A stretch of DNA of 63,949 nucleotides, filler included, from Mitosporidium daphniae (Eukaryota): the NCBI RefSeq assembly GCF_000760515.2. It is 8 parts of 8 records of this genome, joined end to end, with 100 filler letters (N's around TTAATTAATTAA, not from the genome) between each part and the next. Parts side by side here need not be neighbours in the genome. Positions count along the whole stretch, not along the records: positions 1 to 8,272 come from NW_013546662.1; positions 8,373 to 16,555 come from NW_013546661.1; 6 more parts are not named here. One strand, written 5' to 3'. Made by a program: the position numbers and the translations under genes. Below the pieces are notes generated by a model. That model searched no databases. It had not been told where the DNA came from and saw only the letters and a program-made list of their open reading frames with translations. Positions 1 through 10,125 of this stretch are shown piece after piece; positions within the stretch are counted from its first letter, which is position 1, and each line of letters starts with the position of its first letter.

Positions 1-45
1 AGTCTATAAAATGCTAGCTGCTTTTTGTGCAAGCTGTCTACTTCA

Positions 46-1179
46 ATGAACGTTCTAAAGCTTCTATTTTTCGTAACTTTGATCGCAAGTCTCGTTTTTT
101 CCTCACTGCAAATGGACAGTTTAAAAGATTTAGAAGAAGCGTTACAAGATATAGGAACGCAAGATTCACAAGCTTTACAAGCTTCACAAGCTAAAGAAGA
201 ACCTAAACCGAGTTTAAGCCCTCGAAAAAAGCTAATAGCTAATAGAAGTCAAAAGACTCAACTAAGTCTAGAAGCTCAAATACACGCAGAATTGCTTCAG
301 TCTGAAATTTTAGAAGCAGATCGAAATATTGAAAATTTAGAAATATCTTTACAGAATCTAGCCTTTCAAGAACTTCGAAGCGAACTAGAACATCTAAAAA
401 AAGAACTAGAACATCTAAAAAAAGAACTAGAAGGGGCAAATATAAAAAAAGATCAAGCATATACAAAAGATATCAAAGAAGAGGTGCAAGATTATCTAGA
501 AGAAACATATCTAAAAAACAAAGAAAATATAGATCACTTTCTACAAGATCTAAGAGCTGAAAACGCTCTCAAATCTTTAGAAAAAAATATTGAAGAAATA
601 TATCAAAACCTAAAAAAAGAGGAGCAAGATATACGAGATAATCTAGAAGATCTAGAAGATGATCCAAAAATGATGAAAGAACTGAAAAAAATTGAAGAAG
701 ATATAGAAACCATATATGAGAGGAAAAAAAAATGGTCGCAAAATTTACAACATGTGAAAGATGATCCACAAGTTCTAAAAGTTTTACAAGATCTGAAAGA
801 TGATCCACAAGTTCTAAAAGAGTTAAAACATATAGAAGAAAAATATCAATCGTGGAAGAAATTTCTGCAAGATTTACAAGATCTACAGGATCTGCAATAT
901 TATTCAAAAATTCTACAATCTCTGAGAGAAGTTATTGAAGAAGAGGATAAAGAAACTCAAACAACCCTACAAGTGCTAAAGAATCAAACATATAAACAAC
1001 TTCTAGGTGATCTGAAACAACTACCAGCTTTGAGAGATCTAGAAAAAACTCCCAGCTTCGGAAAATCTAAACACAAAAAGCTAAAAGCGCCAAAAAAATT
1101 CGAAGCCCGAAAAAGAAGATCTCAAGCAGTTCTGGCAAGAGCAGTGCCACCGAAACGCGCCTCATCAAACAATAAATAA
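46..1179 (+). CDS. Secreted coiled-coil protein, cassette gene A
   Basis: ATG at 46, signal-peptide-like N-terminus (MNVLKLLFFVTLIASLVFSS), E/K/L/Q/D-rich helical body with repeats (ELEHLKK x2, DDPQVLK x2, DLQ runs). N- and C-termini are shared with the gene at 1472-2149. Confidence 0.75.
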   Translation: MNVLKLLFFVTLIASLVFSSLQMDSLKDLEEALQDIGTQDSQALQASQAKEEPKPSLSPRKKLIANRSQKTQLSLEAQIHAELLQSEILEADRNIENLEISLQNLAFQELRSELEHLKKELEHLKKELEGANIKKDQAYTKDIKEEVQDYLEETYLKNKENIDHFLQDLRAENALKSLEKNIEEIYQNLKKEEQDIRDNLEDLEDDPKMMKELKKIEEDIETIYERKKKWSQNLQHVKDDPQVLKVLQDLKDDPQVLKELKHIEEKYQSWKKFLQDLQDLQDLQYYSKILQSLREVIEEEDKETQTTLQVLKNQTYKQLLGDLKQLPALRDLEKTPSFGKSKHKKLKAPKKFEARKRRSQAVLARAVPPKRASSNNK

Positions 1180-1471
1180 ATCAATTGATTTCATGATCTT
1201 TAAGCATACGCAATAATGGCATACAAACACCCTCCTACTGTTCTGGAATCGCCAATTTAGACCTCTGCCGGTCTTTGCAGGAATTTTTTGCTGGATAGGG
1301 CTGGGTAAACCTTCGCCATATACAGACATTGTGTTCTTATAGCTCATGCGAGTGCTGGCGGAAAGGGTGCCTGCAACGACCGGCAGAGGTCTAAATTGGC
1401 GATTCCAGAACAGTAGGAGGGCGTTTGTATGCCATTATTGCGTATGCTTAAAGATCATGAAATCAATTGAT

Positions 1472-2149
1472 TTATTTATTGTTTGATGAGGCGCGTTTCG
1501 GTGGCACTGCTCCTGCCAGAACTGCTTGAGATCTTCTTTTTCGAGTCATTTTAAGTTGCTTGACCATTTCAGCTAGGGAAGCTTTTTCAGCTTCTAGCTC
1601 TTTCTCAAATTTTCCTTGCATTTTATTTTTTTGATGTTGTAGACTTTCTTGAGATTTTTTATCTAGTTTAGCTAGTTTATCTTTTAGCTCTATTTCAGTT
1701 CTTCTTCTAGCTATTTCATCTCGTATTGTTCTTTCCATTTGCTGATTTAGTTTCGTTTGGTCGGCTTTTTTCATTTTTAGGGAGTTTTCAAATTTTTGAA
1801 GCTCTTCATATTCTCGAGCTTTTTGCTCTCTATTAGCTTGCATAATTTTTTGATTTTCTTTAACTTTTAGCTCTCTTTCATATCTTTTTTCTCTTTCATA
1901 TCTTTTTTCTCTTTCATGAGCTTCTAGACTTAGTTGAGTCTTTTGACTTCTATTAGCTATTAGCTTTTTTCGAGGGCTTAAACTCGGTTTAGGTTCTTCT
2001 TTAGCTTGTGAAGCTTGTAAAGCTTGTGAATCTTGCGTTCCTATATCTTGTAACGCTTCTTCTAAATCTTTTAAACTGTCCATTTGCAGTGAGGAAAAAA
2101 CGAGACTTGCGATCAAAGTTACGAAAAATAGAAGCTTTAGAACGTTCAT
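1472..2149 (-). CDS. Secreted coiled-coil protein, cassette gene B (paralog of A)
   Basis: First ~77 aa identical to gene A, near-identical tail (RKRRSQAVLA[R/G]AVPPKRASSNNK), unrelated E/K/R-rich middle with EREKRY x2. Confidence 0.75.
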   Translation of the reverse strand: MNVLKLLFFVTLIASLVFSSLQMDSLKDLEEALQDIGTQDSQALQASQAKEEPKPSLSPRKKLIANRSQKTQLSLEAHEREKRYEREKRYERELKVKENQKIMQANREQKAREYEELQKFENSLKMKKADQTKLNQQMERTIRDEIARRRTEIELKDKLAKLDKKSQESLQHQKNKMQGKFEKELEAEKASLAEMVKQLKMTRKRRSQAVLAGAVPPKRASSNNK

Positions 2150-3070
2150 TGAAGTAGACAGCTTGCACAAAAAGCAGCTAGCATTTTATAGACTGTTTTG
2201 CACCGGAAATTTTGCATCCAATAGGAATATTAAATTAAATAGTTGCTCACATAGCCAATGAAACTCCGAAGATTACTCATCAGGTCGTCTTACCATGCAT
2301 TTCATTCTCCAAGTAATTAATTTCTTGCATTCAAGATGATTGAAAAGATAGAAGGTAGGAAATCCAAGCATAATTGCACAATTTCTTGCCGATATGAGAA
2401 ATTAGATAAGAAATGGTTGATGCTCGACTAGTTCACCTAGATGACAAACAAATTAAGGAGCTGCATTCTCCCAGTTGATTTCAAATATCACTGCCCATCT
2501 TGGCCTTTCGCTTCAACAAAATTACCTTGGTTAGACCTACGGTTCTTTTATCTCGATTTTTTTCTTTTATCGCCAATATTAAATGTCCAAGAGGCCTTCC
2601 GTTCATATAACTTATCAGTTTTTTTCTACTACGCATGCATCTAATTGTATTCTCGGTACTTGCGATCGCGTTGCTAGTTGCAGCCCTTTACATGATGTGT
2701 ACCGCATATGAATATCCTGAGAATGATAAAAGTAAGTGCTGCGTAAAAAGTTGGCGGCACCTGTTTTGCTCTAGGATAATCTTAACGCAATAAAAAGAGT
2801 CGGAAAAATCGGACTAGTGGCAGAAATTTTTATGAAACCGACAATAGTTTAGCCTCTATTTGCTATATTTACGGGTGTGGAGTTTTGATGTTTGCATTTC
2901 TTTGCTCTTCACATTAACCATATGTTAATGACGATTGAACTATTGGTTATAATAAACAATTTTATTTGCAAAAAATGCTCCTAAACTAAAGGATGATTGC
3001 ATTTCGGTAACCATTTATTGGTGTTGTCTCTACATTAAACAAATTCACAAATTAATTAATTGATTAATTA

Positions 3071-5003
3071 ATGCTTAATATAACGTGTTCGCCCATTGTT
3101 ACCGTTAGCTTTGTGAGGGTCCGGTTTTTCACCTCTACAGCCTTAAAGAATCCTGCAGCATGGTTCCCGTTGGCAAGATCGATGAAGAGAAAAATTATCG
3201 CACATCTTGGCCCCACCAATTCAGGAAAGACCCATGCTGCATTGCAGAGACTAAGAGAATCTGGCGAACAAGGGGAAGGAGGAGTATATTGCGCGCCTCT
3301 GCGCCTATTGGCAATGGAGATGTACGATCGCCTTAATGCAGAGGGACTTCGGTGCGGGCTTGCCACTGGAGAAGCAATCCGCGGGCCAAAGTTGTGTACA
3401 ACTTTTGAAAGGAAAACGGACGATGAAAATGCAACACTGAATTCCGCATCCATCGATGATGGAGAGAAGACACGAGATTTGGAGGTTATGGATAGTTTAA
3501 GGGTCTTGTTCGGGTATGACTCCTCGACTCTTCGAAAGCGAATTCAAGATGCACCCTTTTTATCGTGTACCGTGGAGGTCGTGTCTTTATTTTTTATAGT
3601 CTTATAGATGGCAGACTATGGAACCCCCATTGGAGTGGCCGTCATTGATGAGATTCAAATGATGAGCGATCCGGACCGTGGCTGGGCATTCACACATGCT
3701 CTTCTTGGATTGCCTGCGAAAGAAATCCACGTGTGTGGAGAGCCTGCTATCCTTCCGTTGTTGAAGAGGATATCTCTTCTCTTGGAGGAGACAATTGAGA
3801 TTCACACTCATTATAAGCGACTAGTTCCTTTGGAGGCAGAGTCTAAGCCTCTTGGAAGAATCCATGCAGGTGGTGGTCTCATGACCAATGTTTCTCATTC
3901 TTGCGGAAGCCTTTCACTGCGAAAAGGGGATTGTGTGATCGCTTTTTCCCGGAGGTCAATTTTTCTTACCAAAAAAGCTATTGAGATGCAGACAAAGCGC
4001 AAAGTAGCCGTCATATATGGTACGCTTCCACTAGAATCCCGCACCGTCCAAGCACGGCTCTTCAACGACCCCAACAGCGACTATGATGTACTTGTGGCGA
4101 CCGATGCGATTGGAATGGGATTAAACTTGAATATCAAGCGGATCATTTTTTCTTCCCTGCTAAAATGGGATGGTGGAAAAAAGGCGATGATCCCTCATCA
4201 GGCTATTCGTCAAATTTCAGGGCGGGCAGGCAGGTTTGGCTCAGTATATGACGAACGAGGACTTGTTACTGCGTAAGTTAAGCCGATTTTGGGAATATTT
4301 AGTTACGTTGCCAGGGATCTGGTCAGAGTCCGGGATTCTCTAAGCAGGGCGCAAGAGCCCATGTCCTATGTTTCTGCGTGCATTTTTCCTCTGTGCTCCC
4401 AAATCGAGCTCCTGTCCAGAGACCATCCCACAAAGGGGTTTAACTTTCTTTTGGACATTTTTGCCAACGAGTTCCATAACAAAAGGTCTGCATTTTTCCT
4501 TTCAAGCATCGACTGCGCCAAGGTTTGTCAATTTGCAGGCTAAAACTTTCCGCATTTAGAAATTGGCAATTGCTACCGATGGCATTGGCCTCTCTTTGAG
4601 AGACAAATACACTCTAATATGTTCGCCAGTCTCTCATCAAAATCCAGAAATGATGAAAAGTTTTGTGTTCTATGCGTCACACATTTCCTCTGGAAAGCCC
4701 TGCCCCATGCATGTAGACTTACCCAAAGAGGGGAAGCTTTGCATGTCTTCCTCAAATATCTGGGACAGCTCTTTGCTTGACTATGAAACCTTGCACAAGA
4801 CACTGAATCTTTATCTTTGGCTCTCTATCCGATATCCGGCTGTCTTTGTCCAGAGAAAGGAGGCGCTCGAGATTTCGAAAAAAATCGAAGAGCTGATTAT
4901 GGACTCGCTTATTTCAATGTCAGAAATTGCCATTAGCTCAAGATCCCATCAAAAGCCGTCCAAAAGCCTGCTAAAAAGCACAAAGTCTGCAAATTTTGGG
5001 TGA
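3071..5003 (+). CDS. SUV3: Mitochondrial RNA helicase SUV3
   Basis: Motifs HLGPTNSGKT, APLRLLA, SCTVEM, IDEIQMM, RGWAFT, VATDAIGMGLNL, QISGRAGR. GT-AG introns at 3578-3607, 4273-4302 and 4523-4559 join the ORF pieces. Confidence 0.95.
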
Positions 5004-6264
5004 AACGCCAGTTCGCCGCCAAACTCGCTACCAAAAGGTGTGCCGGCTATTAGTTTTCTTTGGATTTTTACAGAAACGTGTCCAGTATAGCTCCGCTTCT
5101 TGTTCCATGTAGATCATGCATAGCTGGTCCATGAAGCCTATCCTTCTGTGGAATAGTCTGTGGGAATCCAAAGCCTCACCAGAAAGCCAAAATAAAAGCG
5201 AATGCCTGATTTTTAAAAGACACCGTTAGTAGTTTCTGCATATATCTTTTGATCAACTTTTATTGGGCCAAATTATTGGAAATGGGAAAACTTGTGACAC
5301 GGTATAAATACATGCGAACAAAAATTGAATGTGAAAAGAATCAAAACGTAGAGTTTTCAGGTTCTCGCCCCTAGCCCTAAGTTTGGGTACATATTTTCAA
5401 AATAAACATGGAGCTGTGCTTGCTTTCTGGCACATCCATTGGATGCCGATAAATTTGGTTCTCCGTTTTTCATGAAAGAAACGGCTCATTTAAATGTATG
5501 GGCAAAATATATTCTTTTCATAGTTTCTTTGCTGTTTTCTGCTCAATCCATAAAAAGGGAACGAATAGAAGTATATCAAAAGGAATAAAATCAAGCAGAC
5601 TGAGAGTGAATAAAGTGAAAAAATCCCGCAGGAAAGTATGGACTGAAAGGTAAAAAGAGTAAATTAGAGGTGAAAAAATCACACAAAGGATTGGTCAACT
5701 TTTATCAAGAGGCAGGAATGAGATCCCAAGAGAGCTACCAAATAATATTTTTGGTCTTATCGATAAGAACTATGATAATCTCTAAAGTCAAAAAGAGATT
5801 CCATCCGCAGAAAGGGAATGAAAAACGGCTTTGTGGAAAAGTGCAGCATCAGAAAACATATTAAACCCCCCATATATGCACAAAATGTGGATAAAGGCAA
5901 AGGGGGAATCTATACTTTGACGTGCCAACTAGACAAAACCCCCCAATAAGCTCAAAAGAAGCTTAATCAAATTAAAGTACGATAGAACAAGGCAAGGGAA
6001 AACTTCTCCAAGAAATATTCGCATCATATGGGGCTAGGTTTTTATTGTACTCGGGTTTTCATTTCACCAGATACGGCATATAAAATAAAATGAGTTAGAA
6101 AGTAGCCACAGGGCACATGCATGGGTGCCAGCGTTAAAACACTAGGCAACATGGTGATTTGAAACTACATCGATTTCAATTGACTGGCTGAAAAGCCGGC
6201 TTTGATACAAAGTTTGCAGCGATCGAGTTTATACTTCCCGAGACTAAACCACTGTCAAAGTTTA

Positions 6265-7197
6265 TTAATTTTCCAAAGCAATCTTTTTAAACATCGAGGT
6301 GGATATCTCAACACCAGCAAAGCATGCTGCGTTTGCTGGGAATGCTCTCAAAAGGGCCGGTCCAAGGCCCTTAAACAAGGCTCTGGGACCCTCCTTTTGC
6401 AGCATGCCTTTTAATAGTTGGGTCCCAGACTCCTCAGATCCAGCTTGGATTCGACTTTTAATCACATCTGCAGGTATTGCTACAAGCCAGTTGGCCATCC
6501 CAGCAAGACCGCCAGCAACAAGTATTGAAGCAACGGGAAGGGATGATGAGGACGACGACGATGACGATGACAGCTTTTTTTTCAATATCTCATAAGTCGC
6601 AAAATAGGCTACACTTCCAGGTGCATCTCTCGCCAGCGTTGCCATGGTTCCTCTGTACAGCATTTTGAGACTGTTACCAACTCCTTTGGTCCTGAGCATT
6701 GATATCAAAATAGAGCCAGGCCCTTTGTATGCGGTTCCTTCCTGTATCTGTGCCATAACTTTCAACCGTTCAAACGGCACCATTAAAGCTGTCGTTGGAA
6801 GGGCTGAAAAGGCCCCAGCAAGGGATATCTGACCCAATGTGGGCTTGGTCTGCGGATCTCCATTAAAGCTGGTTACCATTTTCATTCCAAATGCATATCC
6901 CCAAAAGCTTACTGCGAAAATAGGAGTAACTCCAATGATCGGGGCTAACATTCCGCGGTAGAGACCCAGAATGCCGTCTTTTGTGACAATACTGTTAAAT
7001 GCATTTCCCATCGATCCATATTGATGGATTCCGGCCTGAAGACGGACCTTTACCAAGTCGAATGGATGTCCAACAAGGACGAGACAGATACCGCCCACGC
7101 CGCCAGAGACAAAGCTAATCCAACCCGGCACTGTAGTTTTCGTCTCCTTCATTGCGGAAAGTGGTAAGGCTTGATTTGAAATCTGCTCAACGTCCAT
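6265..7197 (-). CDS. CRC1: Mitochondrial carnitine/acylcarnitine carrier (SLC25A20/CRC1-like)
   Basis: Three PxDxxK/R carrier signatures; GHPFDLVKVRLQ, IGVTPIFAVSFWGY, RAFPANAACF; poly-Ser insertion. Confidence 0.85.
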   Translation of the reverse strand: MDVEQISNQALPLSAMKETKTTVPGWISFVSGGVGGICLVLVGHPFDLVKVRLQAGIHQYGSMGNAFNSIVTKDGILGLYRGMLAPIIGVTPIFAVSFWGYAFGMKMVTSFNGDPQTKPTLGQISLAGAFSALPTTALMVPFERLKVMAQIQEGTAYKGPGSILISMLRTKGVGNSLKMLYRGTMATLARDAPGSVAYFATYEILKKKLSSSSSSSSSSLPVASILVAGGLAGMANWLVAIPADVIKSRIQAGSEESGTQLLKGMLQKEGPRALFKGLGPALLRAFPANAACFAGVEISTSMFKKIALEN

Positions 7198-7390
7198 AAA
7201 ATCGATACAACGGATACAAACGATCTCAGTGATGAACGGTTAACGAAGACGCAAGTCTAAAATTTCGCCGTGTTTTCCTAAATAAAACAAAAGGGCACCA
7301 CCACTGATGCCTTTCTGATTACCAAAGACACAAATGACGTTGCATGCTTTAATTTAAATGTAAAAACATTTAATTTCAAAAAAATACCCA

Positions 7391-8272
7391 ATGCACTCCA
7401 TCGTCATCCAGGAGGCCGATTTTATTTCGCAAGAGCATCTCATCGCTGGCGACAATCCAAACAAGCTTCCACCCTGGCTTATAGAAAATCTCTCGCACCT
7501 ATCTTTTAGGCATTGGCTACCTGTACAAGCCCATCTGATACCCATGATCATGGCCAGGAATAACGATTTTATCGTCAATGCGCCAACGGGCTCTGGAAAA
7601 ACGTTGACCTATCTCATCCCAATAATGACGATGCTTTCTTCGCGCATTGTTCCGGCACTCCGTGCATTGATTATTGCGCCAACGCGTGATTTGGCGATGC
7701 AAATATACAAAATTGCGGTTTTGCTTACCAAAGGTTCTGATTTGAGAACAATTGTTGTCACTGGCGGATCAAATTCGTCATCAAAGTTCTGCGAAGAGCA
7801 GAGAGCAATTTCGTATGGTGGCGATGATGGAAAAATGGGGCCGGATTCGCTTTTCCAGCCCGTTGACATCCTTATCTCGACCCCAGGACGACTGGTGGAT
7901 CATCTCAATGTGACGCCTGGATTCCATCTTTCTAACTTGCAATTCCTTATTCTGGATGAAGTTGATCGCATTGTAGATGGCATCCAGTTCCAAGATTGGA
8001 TCAATCCCGTTCTAAACTCCATGTCTGATTGCCAAAAGCGATGGAAGCCGCATGCCGAATTGGAGCCTTTTCTCAAGAAATTAACTGCAAATGAAAATTT
8101 TCATTTTGAGCAGCAACGGGCCGTTAAACTTTTATTTTCGGCAACCATCACCAAAAACCCGCTCAAGCTTTCTCAATTGAGGCTTGAAAACTTGGAGATT
8201 GTAACTCTAATTCCAGGAGGACATCTGACCGCAGCGCACAAATATGGCGAAGCAAATTTAGACAATCAGACA
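7391..8272 (+). CDS. DBP6: DEAD-box RNA helicase DBP6/DDX51-like, 3' end lost in gap
   Basis: Q motif (PVQ), APTGSGKT, PTRDLA, TPGRLVDHL, DEVD, KLLFSAT; 'SRIVPALRAL' is typical of DBP6. Confidence 0.8.
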
Positions 8273-8372
8273 NNNNNNNNNNNNNNNNNNNNNNNNNNNN
8301 NNNNNNNNNNNNNNNNTTAATTAATTAANNNNNNNNNNNNNNNNNNNNNNNNNNNNNNNNNNNNNNNNNNNN
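8273..8372. other. Assembly linker (N-TTAATTAATTAA-N); same at 16556-16655, 24804-24903, 33046-33145, 41111-41210, 49163-49262, 57028-57127
   Basis: Each is exactly 100 nt with a central 12-mer that is a stop in all frames. Confidence 0.98.
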
Positions 8373-8621
8373 ATAAGCAAACTCCCTACTCTTCCCAAAT
8401 TTGTGGTAGAAACTCGCTTGTAAATTAGTAGAATACAGAGGCATATTTGTTGTTTTACCACCAAACACGTGATAGCTTAACGCACAATGACCTTGGTAAG
8501 CAAACGGGCCCCCCTGAATAGCCTAGTTTTTGCCAATAAATTCCAAAAACCTAAATCGCAGCCAACTTGATTCTTTGAACACATAATTTTCAAAATCCCA
8601 TCTAAATTTTCTTTCCTCCAA

Positions 8622-9757
8622 ATGAAGCAAATTGTTTTCTTCTCTGGCTCATCCCACCAAGAACTGGCATATTCGATTTCTAAAAGACTCGGGCTTCCTT
8701 TAGGAAAGGTTACCTTGTCCACATTTTCAAATGGAGAAACCTCTGTTGAGATTGGGGATTCTGTTCGCGAGAAAAATGTATTTATTTTGCAGACCTTTGA
8801 TCCGCCACACGCCCATTCCAGGCTTATGGAGCTGTTGATTATGATAACTTCCTGTAAGACTGCATCTGCACACAGAGTTACCGCAGTGTTGCCGCTATTT
8901 CCCTACGGAAAGGCGGGTCCCGGCTTTGCTAGCGACGAATTGCTTCAACAGTCAGAAATAGGATGGCACTATATTCCTTGGCGTCCAAGATCGGGAAAGC
9001 TTATAGCCAATCTATTAATGGTTGCAGGTGCTGACCATGTAATTACTCTTGACGTGCATGACCCTCAATGTCAGGGGTTTTTCAATATCCCATTTGACCA
9101 CTTGCGATTCCAGCCGTTACTGATTAAATGGGTCCACGAAAATATGAGCACCATGAAAAGGCCGATGATTGTGTCCCCAGATGTTGGTGGCGCAAAAAGG
9201 TTTATTTTATACCCTCACAAAATAGGGCCACATCGATGGCACAATCAATGGGCATCGACTTTGCCCTGATCCACGATGTTAATCCCATTCCATCTATGGG
9301 GCATAGGTCCATCAAGCCAATCACTAAACAGCCAAGATTGGTTGGAGAGGTTTCTGGACGCACCGTTCTCCTTGTTGACGACATTGCTATCACCTGTAAT
9401 ACCTTAATAAGAGCAGCCGAGATGTGCCTGCAACATGGTGCTGAACGAGTCATAGCTCTGGTTACACACGCGCTATTTGCCACAAACGTGGAAAATCCTG
9501 CTGACGATCATTTGATAGGAGAGCTTGATGCAAAACACAAGGAAGTGCTCACTGGAATCTCTTTACTTGCCTCCAACATGAGTCTAAGTACGATTGTGGT
9601 TTCTAATTCGCTTCCAAACATTGCCCAAAATACGATTAAAAAATTGGGGTCCAAAAGGATTGTCATTTTAGACACTGCACCGCTGCTTGCAGAGGCAATA
9701 AGAAGGATCCATTTTGGAGAGTCTGTCTCGTATTTATTTGATCGCGTTGCAATTTAA
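8622..9757 (+). CDS. PRPP synthetase family, fungal Prs5-like subunit
   Basis: FSNGETSVEIGDSVR, LMELLIM, AGADHVITLDVHDPQCQGFF, VSPDVGGAKR, LAEAIRRIHFGESVSYLF; 26-nt intron at 9200-9225. Confidence 0.9.
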
Positions 9758-9819
9758 CTGATTTGTAAAAATAAAAAATTTAGTTCAATCACCACCGGTC
9801 ATTTAGCATCCAACTAGCG

Positions 9820-10125
9820 ATGGAGCCCCACATCAATGGCAATCTTGGCCATGCTGGCAACAGCAATGAGCGGCATCAGCTCGCTCAAGAGCTGACCCAG
9901 GTAAAATTTAGCCTTAAATTTTAATTGTAGAGTTTAGAATTGCTAACATCAAACCTGATCCTTCTCACCAATAACTTGGATTCGGTTCTTCGATTGGGCA
10001 GCGAATTTAGCGCATTGGAGACCACGTGGAGGGCATTTGCTTCTGGGCCTTCATGGAAGGTGCGTAATGGGAGGCATATAGATCAACAGCAGGCTTCCGA
10101 TGAAAAAATACAAAAATCTAATTGA
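9820..10125 (+). CDS. DAD1: DASH/Dam1 kinetochore complex subunit Dad1
   Basis: Splicing a 30-nt intron (9901-9930) gives ...ERHQLAQELTQSLELLTSNLILLTNNLDSVLRLGSEFSALETTWRAF, matching the Dad1 pattern as I recall it. Confidence 0.7.

Larger units (their letters stand above)
1..2194. repeat. Nested inverted repeats: outer arms 1-278/1917-2194, inner arms 1108-1281/1370-1543
   Basis: Reverse-complement comparison by eye: outer 278 bp identical; inner 174 bp with 3 mismatches (1138, 1229, 1274); 88-bp central loop. Confidence 0.95.

Noticed and set aside
3071..5003. Apparent frameshifts or split ORFs in SUV3, SNU114, GCD7, NAXD, BET2 and others
   Set aside because: Explained by short GT-AG introns that restore the conserved motifs; not pseudogenes or recoding.
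7950..7970. DEVD instead of DEAD in the DBP6-like helicase
   Set aside because: A known tolerated variant of motif II; the other motifs are intact.
8317..8328. TTAATTAATTAA recurring every ~8 kb as a biological repeat
   Set aside because: Always centred in a 100-nt N block; it is an artificial contig linker.
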